Part shown: one piece after another, positions 16,526-25,502 of the stretch
Position numbering within the stretch: the first letter of the stretch is position 1
Layout: each line of letters starts with the position of its first letter
IMG/VR virus record: IMGVR_UViG_3300029183_000027
Location: 1 to 30,193 of that record
Length of the DNA: 30,193 nt
Direction: 5' to 3' (one strand)
From: a virus
Taxonomy: Duplodnaviria > Caudoviricetes
Made by a program: the position numbers and the translations under genes
The notes under the pieces: generated by a model
What the model saw: only the letters and a program-made list of their open reading frames with translations
Databases searched by the model: none
What the model was told of the DNA's origin: nothing

Positions 16526-18797
16526 CCTTAGTCCAGTGATGTAAGTCTAGCATGTTAGGGCCGACTTCTGCATCAACCGGGAAGGGTACAGGACAATCGT
16601 AGTCAAAGAACTTCTTTAACATCTGTGGCACTGCCTGCATTATACGCATTGATCCTTCAATGACTTCGTCAACGACATCCGGGTGCATATCAAACCATAC
16701 ACAATCATGTACGGTATTTACTAGAAGGGCTTTTCCTCCGAAGTTATCAGTCGATACGAACCATCTCCACAGGACGCCAAGTGCCATCTGGACAATCTCG
16801 CCGCCTGTTCCTTGGATAGGATAATTCTTAAGCTCCGGGGGAGAAAACGTATCCATTATACCGTCTCTCTCGCGTAACCATTTGGGCGCATCGTATGATC
16901 GGAAACTGTATGTAGTACCCGTTGGCGCTTGATAGGTTCCTTTTCTAAAGGCCCGGTAGCCGCGCTGACCGTCTCGGAAGGCCTCTGCTGTGTGTATTAC
17001 TTCTTTCTCTACCGCCTCATTGAACTTAACAACGCCGGGATACAGTTGCTCTTCGGACTTGATTAGCTCTTCTACATCTTCCTTGGTCATGCCCGTAGCT
17101 AGAGCGATAGTAGCCGCCCCTGCTCCATAAGCCCGCTGGAATGAGAACTCTTTAACACCCTGTCGGCGCGGTTTCCACGTATCGTGGTCTGGATGGTTTT
17201 CATCCTTACACCACACAAGAGCATCCTCGTAAGAAATACCAAATTTATTCGATACTCGTTTACAATGGAAGTCTACTCGGTTACACAGGTCGGTTATAAG
17301 CTGTTTGTCACCAGACAACATACCCTGAACGACGACCTCAAGCTGAGAGTAATCTATCTCGCCCATAACGCCATTCTTGAACCTACTCACGAACATAGCC
17401 TTAACTCGGCTAGGTGCTCTCGGTATATTCTGGCAGTTGGGGTTAGAGCTAGATAGTCTGCTAGTTACTGTGCTGCTGTGATTAAGCATATGGTGGATGA
17501 TATTGTCGTATGGATCAACGCAGGTAAGCATACCTTTGTACCCGCCGTTTTTCTCGTCCTTAACAGCGTAGTACGTGCCTATCTCTTTATCTAGCTTTGT
17601 CTTAAGAGACATATCCTTTAAGAAGGGTACGCCTGTTCCACCCAACAGAATAACCGTATCACTATCTGTGGAGTACAGCTTATTTCCTGCACCGTCTGTG
17701 GTCTTGAGCTTAGGTATCTCAAGCTCTTCGGGATCGACATAGCCGGGAAGCTCCCAGAAGAAGTCTTGGTATTTTACCTTAAGCTCTCCGGGTACGGGTA
17801 CGTTCTTAAACTTACCCTCTCCCTTCTTCTTGCCGGATATAAACGTATCCTGTTTCTTGCTTCCTTTATACCAGAAGCCATCAACAAATGTACATTTGTC
17901 ATAGTCATATGGCTCTTTGTCGAACAGGGGCCATTTATCTACGGCCTTCTTACGAGCTAACTCTCCGGTCTTCTCGTCCATGTATGTTGTCTGTTTCTCG
18001 TACCGGATTGTTCCACCATAAATCAATGCAGACTTATGGCATCCCGATCCCCATGAGAACCCAACCTCGTCCGGTATATCCTTTAGATATTGGTCTAGCT
18101 CTTTAGTAGCTACAGAAAGCTCCTTATTGAGCCTAGATAAGTCTTTCTTGGCTGTGTCTACACATATCTTAAGACCATTGTATTCCATCTCAGTAGTGGC
18201 GCATAGAGCGTCCATACGTACCTTGATAGACTGTAGCTTACCCTGTTCCTCGGCAAGAGCCAACTGACCAAGGTACACAAGCTCTGTGTTACCTATGTCT
18301 CCGCTGTTACGACCCTCTTCCTCAGTGCCGACCAGATAGTCTTTAACAAGCTCCGGGTCGATGTCAGAGGTCTGTACCCCGGCATCCCACAGAGCCTTCA
18401 TACCATCAATCTTCTTGCGTCCACCATAGCTCTCTACGATAGAGTCAAGGGAGTTCATGTGGTACTTACGTTCCATGTTGCGTATCAAGTATTCCGCGTA
18501 CTGTGTACACCATACTCGACCGCCTCGCTTGAAGAACGCCTTTAGGTCTGGGCTGTTGTTCGCCATCTCATAGAGAAGATCGAACTTAATATTATGGCCG
18601 ACAAGGACTTCTACGTTGTCATCAATTTTAAGATAGTTATCCTCTGTCTTGCCTTTAAAGAACTCGTGAGAGCACGAGGCATGGTTCTCCTTTTTCCATC
18701 CTCGCGCTACCACATAGTTGTCCTTGTTGAAGGGATTAGCCTTACGCTTGTGTGACTTATGTGTCTGCGTCTCGCTGTCAAATATTAGGTACTTCAT
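16521..18797 (-). CDS. DNA polymerase, family A, with 3'-5' exonuclease domain
   Basis: Start set at ATG 18797 (GAGGAGG RBS). FDSET, GHNIKFD, TSRLSSSNPNCQNIP, DYSQLE, RQGVKEFSFQRAYG, NYPIQG and VHD motifs. Confidence 0.97.
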   Translation of the reverse strand: MKYLIFDSETQTHKSHKRKANPFNKDNYVVARGWKKENHASCSHEFFKGKTEDNYLKIDDNVEVLVGHNIKFDLLYEMANNSPDLKAFFKRGGRVWCTQYAEYLIRNMERKYHMNSLDSIVESYGGRKKIDGMKALWDAGVQTSDIDPELVKDYLVGTEEEGRNSGDIGNTELVYLGQLALAEEQGKLQSIKVRMDALCATTEMEYNGLKICVDTAKKDLSRLNKELSVATKELDQYLKDIPDEVGFSWGSGCHKSALIYGGTIRYEKQTTYMDEKTGELARKKAVDKWPLFDKEPYDYDKCTFVDGFWYKGSKKQDTFISGKKKGEGKFKNVPVPGELKVKYQDFFWELPGYVDPEELEIPKLKTTDGAGNKLYSTDSDTVILLGGTGVPFLKDMSLKTKLDKEIGTYYAVKDEKNGGYKGMLTCVDPYDNIIHHMLNHSSTVTSRLSSSNPNCQNIPRAPSRVKAMFVSRFKNGVMGEIDYSQLEVVVQGMLSGDKQLITDLCNRVDFHCKRVSNKFGISYEDALVWCKDENHPDHDTWKPRRQGVKEFSFQRAYGAGAATIALATGMTKEDVEELIKSEEQLYPGVVKFNEAVEKEVIHTAEAFRDGQRGYRAFRKGTYQAPTGTTYSFRSYDAPKWLRERDGIMDTFSPPELKNYPIQGTGGEIVQMALGVLWRWFVSTDNFGGKALLVNTVHDCVWFDMHPDVVDEVIEGSMRIMQAVPQMLKKFFDYDCPVPFPVDAEVGPNMLDLHHWTKA

Positions 18798-18975
18798 ATT
18801 CCTCCTCAACTACATTAATGATACAATCCGGGTATTCCTTCTGCATTACTGCCCGTACTAGCTCTACGCTGTTGTCGTACATGTCTCCGTCTTCGGCTTG
18901 ATCCACCGTTACACGGTTCTCTACAGGGTATCCTGCACAGTTTCCGTAGACTGCGCTGATTATACTATGTTTCAT
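18778..18975 (-). CDS. Hypothetical protein, 65 aa
   Basis: ATGA overlap with the upstream gene; its end overlaps the polymerase start. Confidence 0.7.
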   Translation of the reverse strand: MKHSIISAVYGNCAGYPVENRVTVDQAEDGDMYDNSVELVRAVMQKEYPDCIINVVEEEYEVPNI

Positions 18976-20168
18976 TTAATGTGTCCTAACTGTATAGCCA
19001 TACTATCGAAGATCGAAGTACGGAAATTATCCTTACGTTTAACATGAGCGAACATCAACTGTGCTGGCTCTCCATCATACCCGGCAATACCGCTGTATTC
19101 TTCACCACTCCGGCTATCACCAAAGAACGCCCCGTTTACTACGTAGCGATCATTGTTGAACCGACTGATATTATGCTTGTCTCCCATACGGAATAGCGTA
19201 ATATATTCCTTAAGCTGGTCAGTACGTTTAGCCACATGATTTTTCATCTGTGTGTATCCAGCAGCTACGCCCACTCCGTGCTCATATAGAACCTTGTTTC
19301 CGTAAATCTGATGTACGTGGAACGCACCTTCTGGGATAAAGAACTTAGCATCTAGTCCAGCCAACTCGCTCATTTCCTTTACAGCGTGGTATAGAGGCCA
19401 ACTAAGCTGCTCTCGTCCGGGCTGGAACATGAATAATCCATGTCCGTCCCAATCGTGATTACCTGTTACCATGACACACTCAATCGGCGCAATAGCCGCT
19501 AGGCGTCTGATTACTTCGTGGAACAGTATCTCTTGTGAGAGTTTAATCTGGTCTGCTGTACCAATGTCACATGCCCGTGCTGACTGTAGGCCATGCTTCT
19601 TATCGCTCTCAATGATGTCACCGAGAACAGCGAATATAATCTTATCAATTACGAACCCTTCTCGTTGGTATCTGTAAATATTATTGATAGCCACCTCTAC
19701 GTATTCTTGTACCCGTAACTTCGCTACCTTGCTATCGTAATCGTTCATCAGTTTCCCGATTTGTAGATCAGAGAATAGAAGCTCAATAATCAGGGATTTA
19801 CCTGTACCCGTCTGTTCTCTAATAGCAGGTGGATTAACGGCTGGTATAGATCGAACGGCGTTCTTAAGGTCTACTAAGAAGTCGTCCCGTCCATTGATGC
19901 CGTCCTGTGTTCTACGTGCTTCCCGGCGCAGGTTATTGTTTGTAATTGTAAGGCGACGGTTAGTCTGGCGTAGAGCACCTAGATCGGCCACAGCAAGTGT
20001 CTCCGGGTCTCCTAGGTCTTCTGTCCATGTCTGTAGGTTTTGACGTGTTACCCGGCTCTCCGGCGAGTAATTCTTATTTATATATCGAGCAGCGGCAGTG
20101 TAATTACCGCCAGTCTCTCGCATTGCTGTACGGATTTCATCATCCGTAACTTCAATTCGTTTACCCAT
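18972..20168 (-). CDS. Calcineurin-like metallophosphoesterase with N-terminal HTH-like and coiled-coil region
   Basis: SDLQIG, GDIIE, GNHD, EHG and GDKH metal motifs; N-terminal 'GGNYTAAARY' Fis-like helix. Confidence 0.85.
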   Translation of the reverse strand: MGKRIEVTDDEIRTAMRETGGNYTAAARYINKNYSPESRVTRQNLQTWTEDLGDPETLAVADLGALRQTNRRLTITNNNLRREARRTQDGINGRDDFLVDLKNAVRSIPAVNPPAIREQTGTGKSLIIELLFSDLQIGKLMNDYDSKVAKLRVQEYVEVAINNIYRYQREGFVIDKIIFAVLGDIIESDKKHGLQSARACDIGTADQIKLSQEILFHEVIRRLAAIAPIECVMVTGNHDWDGHGLFMFQPGREQLSWPLYHAVKEMSELAGLDAKFFIPEGAFHVHQIYGNKVLYEHGVGVAAGYTQMKNHVAKRTDQLKEYITLFRMGDKHNISRFNNDRYVVNGAFFGDSRSGEEYSGIAGYDGEPAQLMFAHVKRKDNFRTSIFDSMAIQLGHIK

Positions 20169-20364
20169 TAAATCTTCCTATGCGTCTAACTAATGTTGCT
20201 AAATAGTTGTCCATATGTATGGACTGTGTGTACAAATATTCCCGATCCTCACGAGAAAGAGATTTATATAGATCGGTAGTTAAAAAAACGCGAAGTCTTT
20301 TAAGTCTATCGTCTAATTCATCTCGCTCTTCTATAACTCGTTGGTTGTACGTCTTAAATGCCAT
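20161..20364 (-). CDS. Small helical-hairpin protein resembling the crAss001_48-related family
   Basis: YNQRVIEERDELDDRLKRLRVFL...L..Q...M..Y...L..RI.RF pattern, recognised from memory. Confidence 0.65.
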   Translation of the reverse strand: MAFKTYNQRVIEERDELDDRLKRLRVFLTTDLYKSLSREDREYLYTQSIHMDNYLATLVRRIGRFNG

Positions 20365-20366
20365 AA

Positions 20367-21629
20367 TTACTCCGTATCTGGGTCAATAGGAACGTCATCA
20401 AAACGCGCTATCTGAGGCTTAAAGTTAACGGTAGCCCTTGGATCACCGGGAGCGTCCTCTCGACGCAATTTATTCTTAGGAAGACCAATATAACGGTATC
20501 CCTGTAATGATGGTTCGTTTGATGCACCAATCATAAGCTGGAAGTCACACGCGCCCTGCTTACCAGTCTTACTATCCTTAAGCATACCAAGGGTGGGGAA
20601 CTGTAGTCCATCGCCCTCATTGCTAATCTGAGAGGTAGCTAGTCCCACACAGTCGTAATTGACCGCTAAGTCTCTGCCCCAATCGTACATACGTTCAAGA
20701 ACTAAGTCAGTACGGGCCTCGTTACCGAAGCCACTGATCTTATCAATCATGTCATACACAACTAGGCCAGCATTATTGGCCCGGATTATGTTCTCTACTG
20801 CGTAGGTATCCTTTCCGTGGATGTCTACGATCCTGATCTTATGGCGATCCCCTACGATCTTCTCGTAGGCTTCTATGACATCGTTGTTCTCTCGGAAAGC
20901 TCTAATCTCGGATAAGGTCATCCCTAGTGCAGCCTGAATAAGGCGCAGGTAGATACGTTCACCTTTACCCTCATTGTTAAGCCAAACGGCGTTACGTCCT
21001 TCTGGTAACTGTCCTGCAAGGTGAGTAAGCTCTGACGCAAGGAACGTGGTCTTACCTTTATCAGGTCTCCCGGCAATGATCCCGAAGTCTCCTCCACGTA
21101 ATGCCCGCATACTCTCTCTTAGACAGCCTAGACGCCATTGCAACCCGTTAGTTTCCTCTGCCTCTTTAAGAAGCATGTCAAGGTCTGGCCTCAAGTAATC
21201 CAGAGATTTTATGTCCGCGTCTCTCTCGTAGTTGTTAGAAACGTCTCTTAAGGCAGCATGTAGGTTAGCCGTATCTCCTGCGTCCCATTCCGCAATTAGG
21301 TTAGCTAAGTCTGTACCTAGACGTAACTCCAGTAGGGAAGACATAACACCAGCCTTCTCGTCTTCCGGTACGTCTTTGGCTACGTTCTTTAATATACCTT
21401 CATAGGCATTACGTTCCTCGTCTGGCATACTCGTATGAAGGCTCCTGAATACAGGAAGGAACGTAGAAATTTTTACTACATCGTGCTCAGGGAACTTCTG
21501 AAAGTATTTATCGAAGTCATTGAGCAGCATATGTGTCTGAGGGTCGATAGCTGCTTTAGGGACACGTCCTCGTATCCGGTACAGGTCTCCCTTGTGTTTA
21601 AGTATCCTCAATAATGAGAGGTCTAGCAT
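20367..21629 (-). CDS. DnaB-like replicative helicase
   Basis: Start at ATG 21629 (GAGGAG RBS). Walker A AGRPDKGKTT, Walker B VVYDMID, ATSQ and KNK motifs. Confidence 0.95.
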   Translation of the reverse strand: MLDLSLLRILKHKGDLYRIRGRVPKAAIDPQTHMLLNDFDKYFQKFPEHDVVKISTFLPVFRSLHTSMPDEERNAYEGILKNVAKDVPEDEKAGVMSSLLELRLGTDLANLIAEWDAGDTANLHAALRDVSNNYERDADIKSLDYLRPDLDMLLKEAEETNGLQWRLGCLRESMRALRGGDFGIIAGRPDKGKTTFLASELTHLAGQLPEGRNAVWLNNEGKGERIYLRLIQAALGMTLSEIRAFRENNDVIEAYEKIVGDRHKIRIVDIHGKDTYAVENIIRANNAGLVVYDMIDKISGFGNEARTDLVLERMYDWGRDLAVNYDCVGLATSQISNEGDGLQFPTLGMLKDSKTGKQGACDFQLMIGASNEPSLQGYRYIGLPKNKLRREDAPGDPRATVNFKPQIARFDDVPIDPDTE

Positions 21630-21885
21630 GTAGTCTCCTCGTGTAATAAATTGCCGCACTGCCGTAGGCGGAGTTTGCCAAGAAATTGGCTATTGCTGTG
21701 TACATAGGGTACGTAGCGTCTACGTGATAAAAATAGAATACCATCCACCCGGCGTAGATTGTAAAGAACCCAAGAGAGTATAACGATATACCCTTAATCT
21801 CTTCGTCAATAAAAGCCCTGCGTAGATTAAGCATAATCATTACGCTACTTAATGCAGGAAATACCGAGGTTATGACATTAATCAT
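21598..21885 (-). CDS. Three-helix membrane protein, PQ-loop/SemiSWEET-like
   Basis: Three hydrophobic segments; 'IKGISLYSLGFF....W..FY' resembles the SemiSWEET loop and second helix. The PQ dipeptide itself is absent. Confidence 0.55.
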   Translation of the reverse strand: MINVITSVFPALSSVMIMLNLRRAFIDEEIKGISLYSLGFFTIYAGWMVFYFYHVDATYPMYTAIANFLANSAYGSAAIYYTRRLHARPLIIEDT

Positions 21886-22682
21886 TAAAAGTACTCGTCA
21901 ATTACATTAAATAAATAACCACTGTCTACTTTAGATAAGTCTTTGTCCTGTAGTGCATGTAACATTGACTGAAAATACAATGCGTCTACTCCAGTTAACT
22001 GATCCCGTAGTACCTCAATATTAGTTAAATCTAGTGCGTTTAATTGCCAACACATTTTTAAATATTGGCCTGCGGTACAACTGTATCCCCGCCGTATAAA
22101 TTTACGTGTGCGTATAATAGACGCTAACGGATATAAAGAACCCACATATACTAATTCTCTTGCAAGTAGCGCAAATAAAGCTGATTTGGGACACTCTAAA
22201 TTATCATCCCATGAACACCAATAAGAAGTACAGTGTACAAAGTCATAATTTTTATGTATTTCTTCTGGAGAACCAATAAAACGAAGTACAAGTTGTATGT
22301 CATTGTTTAGCGTTATGGCATTAGAGGACATAAATATAGGAGCATACCTTTTTTCTGTCTTGGCCTGTGCAATTCCAGAAGACGCTACAAAAACGCTCAC
22401 AGTGTTTTCCTCTTTATTTGATATAACCTCTACCGCAGCAGACGCGGATTTTTGTTTATTAAACTCTGCGGCGAAGTAATCTGCTACTAATTTAGCTGTG
22501 CTATAATCCTTAAAATACATGTCATAATCATTAGGCTCTTCTTGGAGAAGCAAGGACGCTATGGCACCGCCTGTAATTATTGTTCCTTGTTGTATCGCCT
22601 CTTTTACTTCATCGTCTTTAACAGACGAAACAAAGTTATCAAATACATGCCTTAAGTGGTTTTTAATAGTTTTCTGTTTCAT
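21885..22682 (-). CDS. Pol-beta-superfamily nucleotidyltransferase-like protein
   Basis: IITGGAIASLL...PNDYDMYF (GG plus DxD) and downstream 'YDFVHC' motif. Confidence 0.75.
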   Translation of the reverse strand: MKQKTIKNHLRHVFDNFVSSVKDDEVKEAIQQGTIITGGAIASLLLQEEPNDYDMYFKDYSTAKLVADYFAAEFNKQKSASAAVEVISNKEENTVSVFVASSGIAQAKTEKRYAPIFMSSNAITLNNDIQLVLRFIGSPEEIHKNYDFVHCTSYWCSWDDNLECPKSALFALLARELVYVGSLYPLASIIRTRKFIRRGYSCTAGQYLKMCWQLNALDLTNIEVLRDQLTGVDALYFQSMLHALQDKDLSKVDSGYLFNVIDEYF

Positions 22683-22698
22683 TCGTAACTCTCCTGTG

Positions 22699-23229
22699 TC
22701 ATTTAACCGTATCCCATAGCTCTAGGAAGTCTTGCTTAACCTTTCTCCAAGGTGTTTCATTGAATAGATCGGAAAGGCCCGGAGGCACATATAACGGTTG
22801 TTGTTCATCTCCCATTCCTATTTCATCTATGTTATCAAACAGGGCATCACGCTCGTTTATATATATCCGGAGATCATACTGCTTCAAATCTTCTAGTAAT
22901 TTCTGTTTTACACCCAACACGTCCGCAATAAAGTACCCGGCCTGTCTCTCTTCGTAAGAATAATCAGGGAATTCATATTTTACAGGAGATGCTAGATCAT
23001 TAAACACAGCCTCAGAGAAGTCATGGATAACAGCAGCTTTTACCAAATGAGAAGGAACCAGATAAGCTAGGTTCATACTATGTTGTGCCACGCTGTACGG
23101 ATACTTAGTGGCCCCGTGGAACCTATTTATAAGACATAGATGATGTATAAATGTTTCCGGTACGATGTCTTCCGGCGTTAAATTAAAGGGGTCTACTAAT
23201 CGACCACTATGCATACGAATTTTAGCCAT
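22699..23229 (-). CDS. HD-domain phosphohydrolase (YfbR/YfdR-like 5'-deoxynucleotidase)
   Basis: NRFHGAT..YSVAQHS...IHDFSEAVFNDLASPVK. Confidence 0.88.
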   Translation of the reverse strand: MAKIRMHSGRLVDPFNLTPEDIVPETFIHHLCLINRFHGATKYPYSVAQHSMNLAYLVPSHLVKAAVIHDFSEAVFNDLASPVKYEFPDYSYEERQAGYFIADVLGVKQKLLEDLKQYDLRIYINERDALFDNIDEIGMGDEQQPLYVPPGLSDLFNETPWRKVKQDFLELWDTVK

Positions 23230-23731
23230 TTATGCGAGGTACTCCTATAGCGGTCATTAAGGAATGAACTTCTGTCTCAAGCTCTTCTAATGTACCGTTG
23301 TTATTGATTATATAATCGTGTCCATCTGATGTAATATCACATGAACCCCCTGGCTCTGGTAAAAGCCCGCGCCCTGTGGCGTCCACCCATATAGAGTAAT
23401 CGAATAGACCTTTAGTAAGGTCAAAGCTCTGGCGTCTCCGTTCCCCTACGTAGATGTCACCTTCTCGCATAACCTCTAGGCATAACGTCTCCGCGCCCAT
23501 ATCGGACACGAAGTTGTACCACCCAGTGCGATGGTTTACACGATCTTGATAAGCCTCTTCAATCTGCTCGTCTAGTGTACCGGGATACCAGCCACGCGGC
23601 AACCTAGATGTCACGAGATACCGGGCTATGATCCTAGAAGCGTCTGGCTTGATTAGTCCATATCCTTTAGCTATGATGTCTGCCACAGTGTCTTTACCGT
23701 GACGGGCATAACCGTTAATTCTTAACTTCAT
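23222..23731 (-). CDS. Deoxynucleoside monophosphate kinase-like P-loop protein
   Basis: INGYARHGKDTVA P-loop; C-terminal DYIINNNGTLEEL. Confidence 0.82.
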   Translation of the reverse strand: MKLRINGYARHGKDTVADIIAKGYGLIKPDASRIIARYLVTSRLPRGWYPGTLDEQIEEAYQDRVNHRTGWYNFVSDMGAETLCLEVMREGDIYVGERRRQSFDLTKGLFDYSIWVDATGRGLLPEPGGSCDITSDGHDYIINNNGTLEELETEVHSLMTAIGVPRING

Positions 23732-23973
23732 TAACCAAGCTCTACAGTTACTTTTCCGAAGAATGGTTTAAAGTTTTCTTGCTCTGCTACGCCTTCACCG
23801 CAAACATAAGGTAGTGGTTTGTCCATATGTGTATCTCTAACGTGGGTTATTCTAATATACGTCGCATCATCATTACCATACTGGCTGGCCTTTACGTATA
23901 TATCTCCGTCTCTATCAATAAAAAGGGAACCTATGCCCTCTTTAGGTTTTTTTTCTCTTACTTTAACTTTCAT
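23731..23973 (-). CDS. Hypothetical protein, 80 aa
   Basis: ATGA and TAATG overlaps on both sides; GAGG RBS. Confidence 0.75.
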   Translation of the reverse strand: MKVKVREKKPKEGIGSLFIDRDGDIYVKASQYGNDDATYIRITHVRDTHMDKPLPYVCGEGVAEQENFKPFFGKVTVELG

Positions 23974-24737
23974 AATACTTCCTCAATTAATTGGACAATA
24001 TCTGCCCGGTGAATATTTTTAGGGTCTTTGTCAGTACGTATCCTCTTTAGTTCAGTAGGATATAACCCCATACGTTTTCTCAATTTAACCCATGCCTTGT
24101 CTCCAGCAGGGTCTCCATCAGTCCATCCTATTACAACACGGTGTTTACCTAATTCTGCTGCAATAGTAGGCGTTATGGCTGTACCGAGCACAGATATTGA
24201 ACTGTATCCAGCACGGTTAACCGCAATAGCAGATAAGATGTCCTCAGTCATAACAACCGGGCCATCTCCTTCTATAAGCGAGTAGGTCTCTGTCTTAGTT
24301 GCCCCGGCCTTTACGTATTTAGGACGCTCATTGAATATAGCCCTAGCTAAGAAACCACCCTCTATAGGGATACATACTCGCCTTGTGACAGGATCGTAGC
24401 GCATACCATAGACGCCTTCTGCTAATTCAGGCGATAAACCTGCTTTTAAAACCCAAATGATGGCTTCTGGAGGGGTTTCTGTGTCTGACAGTAGTTTCGC
24501 CCGCTTGGGTATAGAACGTAGCTGTACGGTGTCCTCAAGGGCTTTCCTAGCAGCAAGTATCTCTTTAACAGACCTAGGGCCATGTGGTATAAACTCTTCT
24601 CGACCACACCTAAAGCACGGCCCCATACGGATACCGTACTTATTCTGTGAAACGTAAGCCGTGGCGTCCTTACCGCAGCATTGTATTTTACGCTTCTGTC
24701 CTATAGGCAAAGACTTCGCAAGTGTCTGCCAAGACAT
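23970..24737 (-). CDS. DNA primase (zinc finger plus TOPRIM)
   Basis: CC...CFRC; TEDILSA, LGT, DGDPAGD and KDPK motifs. Confidence 0.93.
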   Translation of the reverse strand: MSWQTLAKSLPIGQKRKIQCCGKDATAYVSQNKYGIRMGPCFRCGREEFIPHGPRSVKEILAARKALEDTVQLRSIPKRAKLLSDTETPPEAIIWVLKAGLSPELAEGVYGMRYDPVTRRVCIPIEGGFLARAIFNERPKYVKAGATKTETYSLIEGDGPVVMTEDILSAIAVNRAGYSSISVLGTAITPTIAAELGKHRVVIGWTDGDPAGDKAWVKLRKRMGLYPTELKRIRTDKDPKNIHRADIVQLIEEVL

Positions 24738-25033
24738 TAAAGGCTCGCTGCTTGCTCCACATCCATTGCAGCTACACGGGCTTTCTGCTCCATGTCTACA
24801 ATAGCTCTATTAAGTGCCTTACGTTTGACCTCTGCCTGTTCGTAGATACGCGCTATCTCTTCCTCGCGGATTTTATTAGCCGTGTCCTGACGAATATCTA
24901 GTTTAACCAAGGTGACCTGAATTTTACTTACGATGCCCGTAAGTAGATACTCAAGGCCAGCGTTAGTTGTGTGGTTGATTTTAGAGACTGTGCGCAAGAA
25001 CAGTAACCGTAGTTTTGTTTTAGTCGAAATCAT
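24737..25033 (-). CDS. Hypothetical coiled-coil protein
   Basis: Start at ATG 25033 (GAGG RBS); TAATG overlap with primase. Confidence 0.7.
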   Translation of the reverse strand: MISTKTKLRLLFLRTVSKINHTTNAGLEYLLTGIVSKIQVTLVKLDIRQDTANKIREEEIARIYEQAEVKRKALNRAIVDMEQKARVAAMDVEQAASL

Positions 25034-25034
25034 G

Positions 25035-25313
25035 TTATTCCTCTGTTGCTTTAAATTCAATGTTAAAATCTTTCTCAGACATCACGTCCCAGAAAGGCCC
25101 ACAGACTACGAAATAGTCTCCGGGGAATATGGCGCTAGTCTCTTCACTATCGTCTCCGTCAATGAAGCAGCGAGTACCTGCCATGTCTGTACCTTCTAGG
25201 TCATCCACGAAGATTAAATCCATACTTTCAATAAGCATGGATAAGTCTTTAGTCAGTTTGCCGTTGAATTGTACGGCGCGGTTGTCCTGTTGGACAGGCG
25301 TAATGATTAGCAT
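25035..25313 (-). CDS. Hypothetical protein, 92 aa
   Basis: AGGAG RBS; C-terminal 'PGDYFVV....F...F' motif recalled from small phage proteins of unknown function. Confidence 0.75.
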   Translation of the reverse strand: MLIITPVQQDNRAVQFNGKLTKDLSMLIESMDLIFVDDLEGTDMAGTRCFIDGDDSEETSAIFPGDYFVVCGPFWDVMSEKDFNIEFKATEE

Positions 25314-25314
25314 A

Positions 25315-25482
25315 TTATCTCCTATGCATTAGTAAACGCGGCGTACCGCTGATCTTAGTCAAGGCTTTCCAGTATGCACGAGTGTATCGTGTCTTAGCTG
25401 GCGTACCTGTGTTGAACTGACTAGGCCGCTTGGTCGCGCGGCGCGCGACAGCCTTTAGAAGTAAGTCCTGTTGTTTTGACAT
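25315..25482 (-). CDS. Basic hypothetical protein, 55 aa (below ORF-track cutoff)
   Basis: AAAGGA RBS; MSKQQDLLLKAVARRATKRPSQFNTGTPAKTRYTRAYWKALTKISGTPRLLMHRR*; stop abuts the next start. Confidence 0.72.
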   Translation of the reverse strand: MSKQQDLLLKAVARRATKRPSQFNTGTPAKTRYTRAYWKALTKISGTPRLLMHRR

Positions 25483-25502
25483 GTCTTGTCCTTTATTTGT
25501 TA

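Noticed and set aside
22699-23229. DatZ / Z-genome (2-aminoadenine) system
   Set aside because: The HD motifs fit YfbR/YfdR-like enzymes, and no PurZ or MazZ gene is recognisable in the window.
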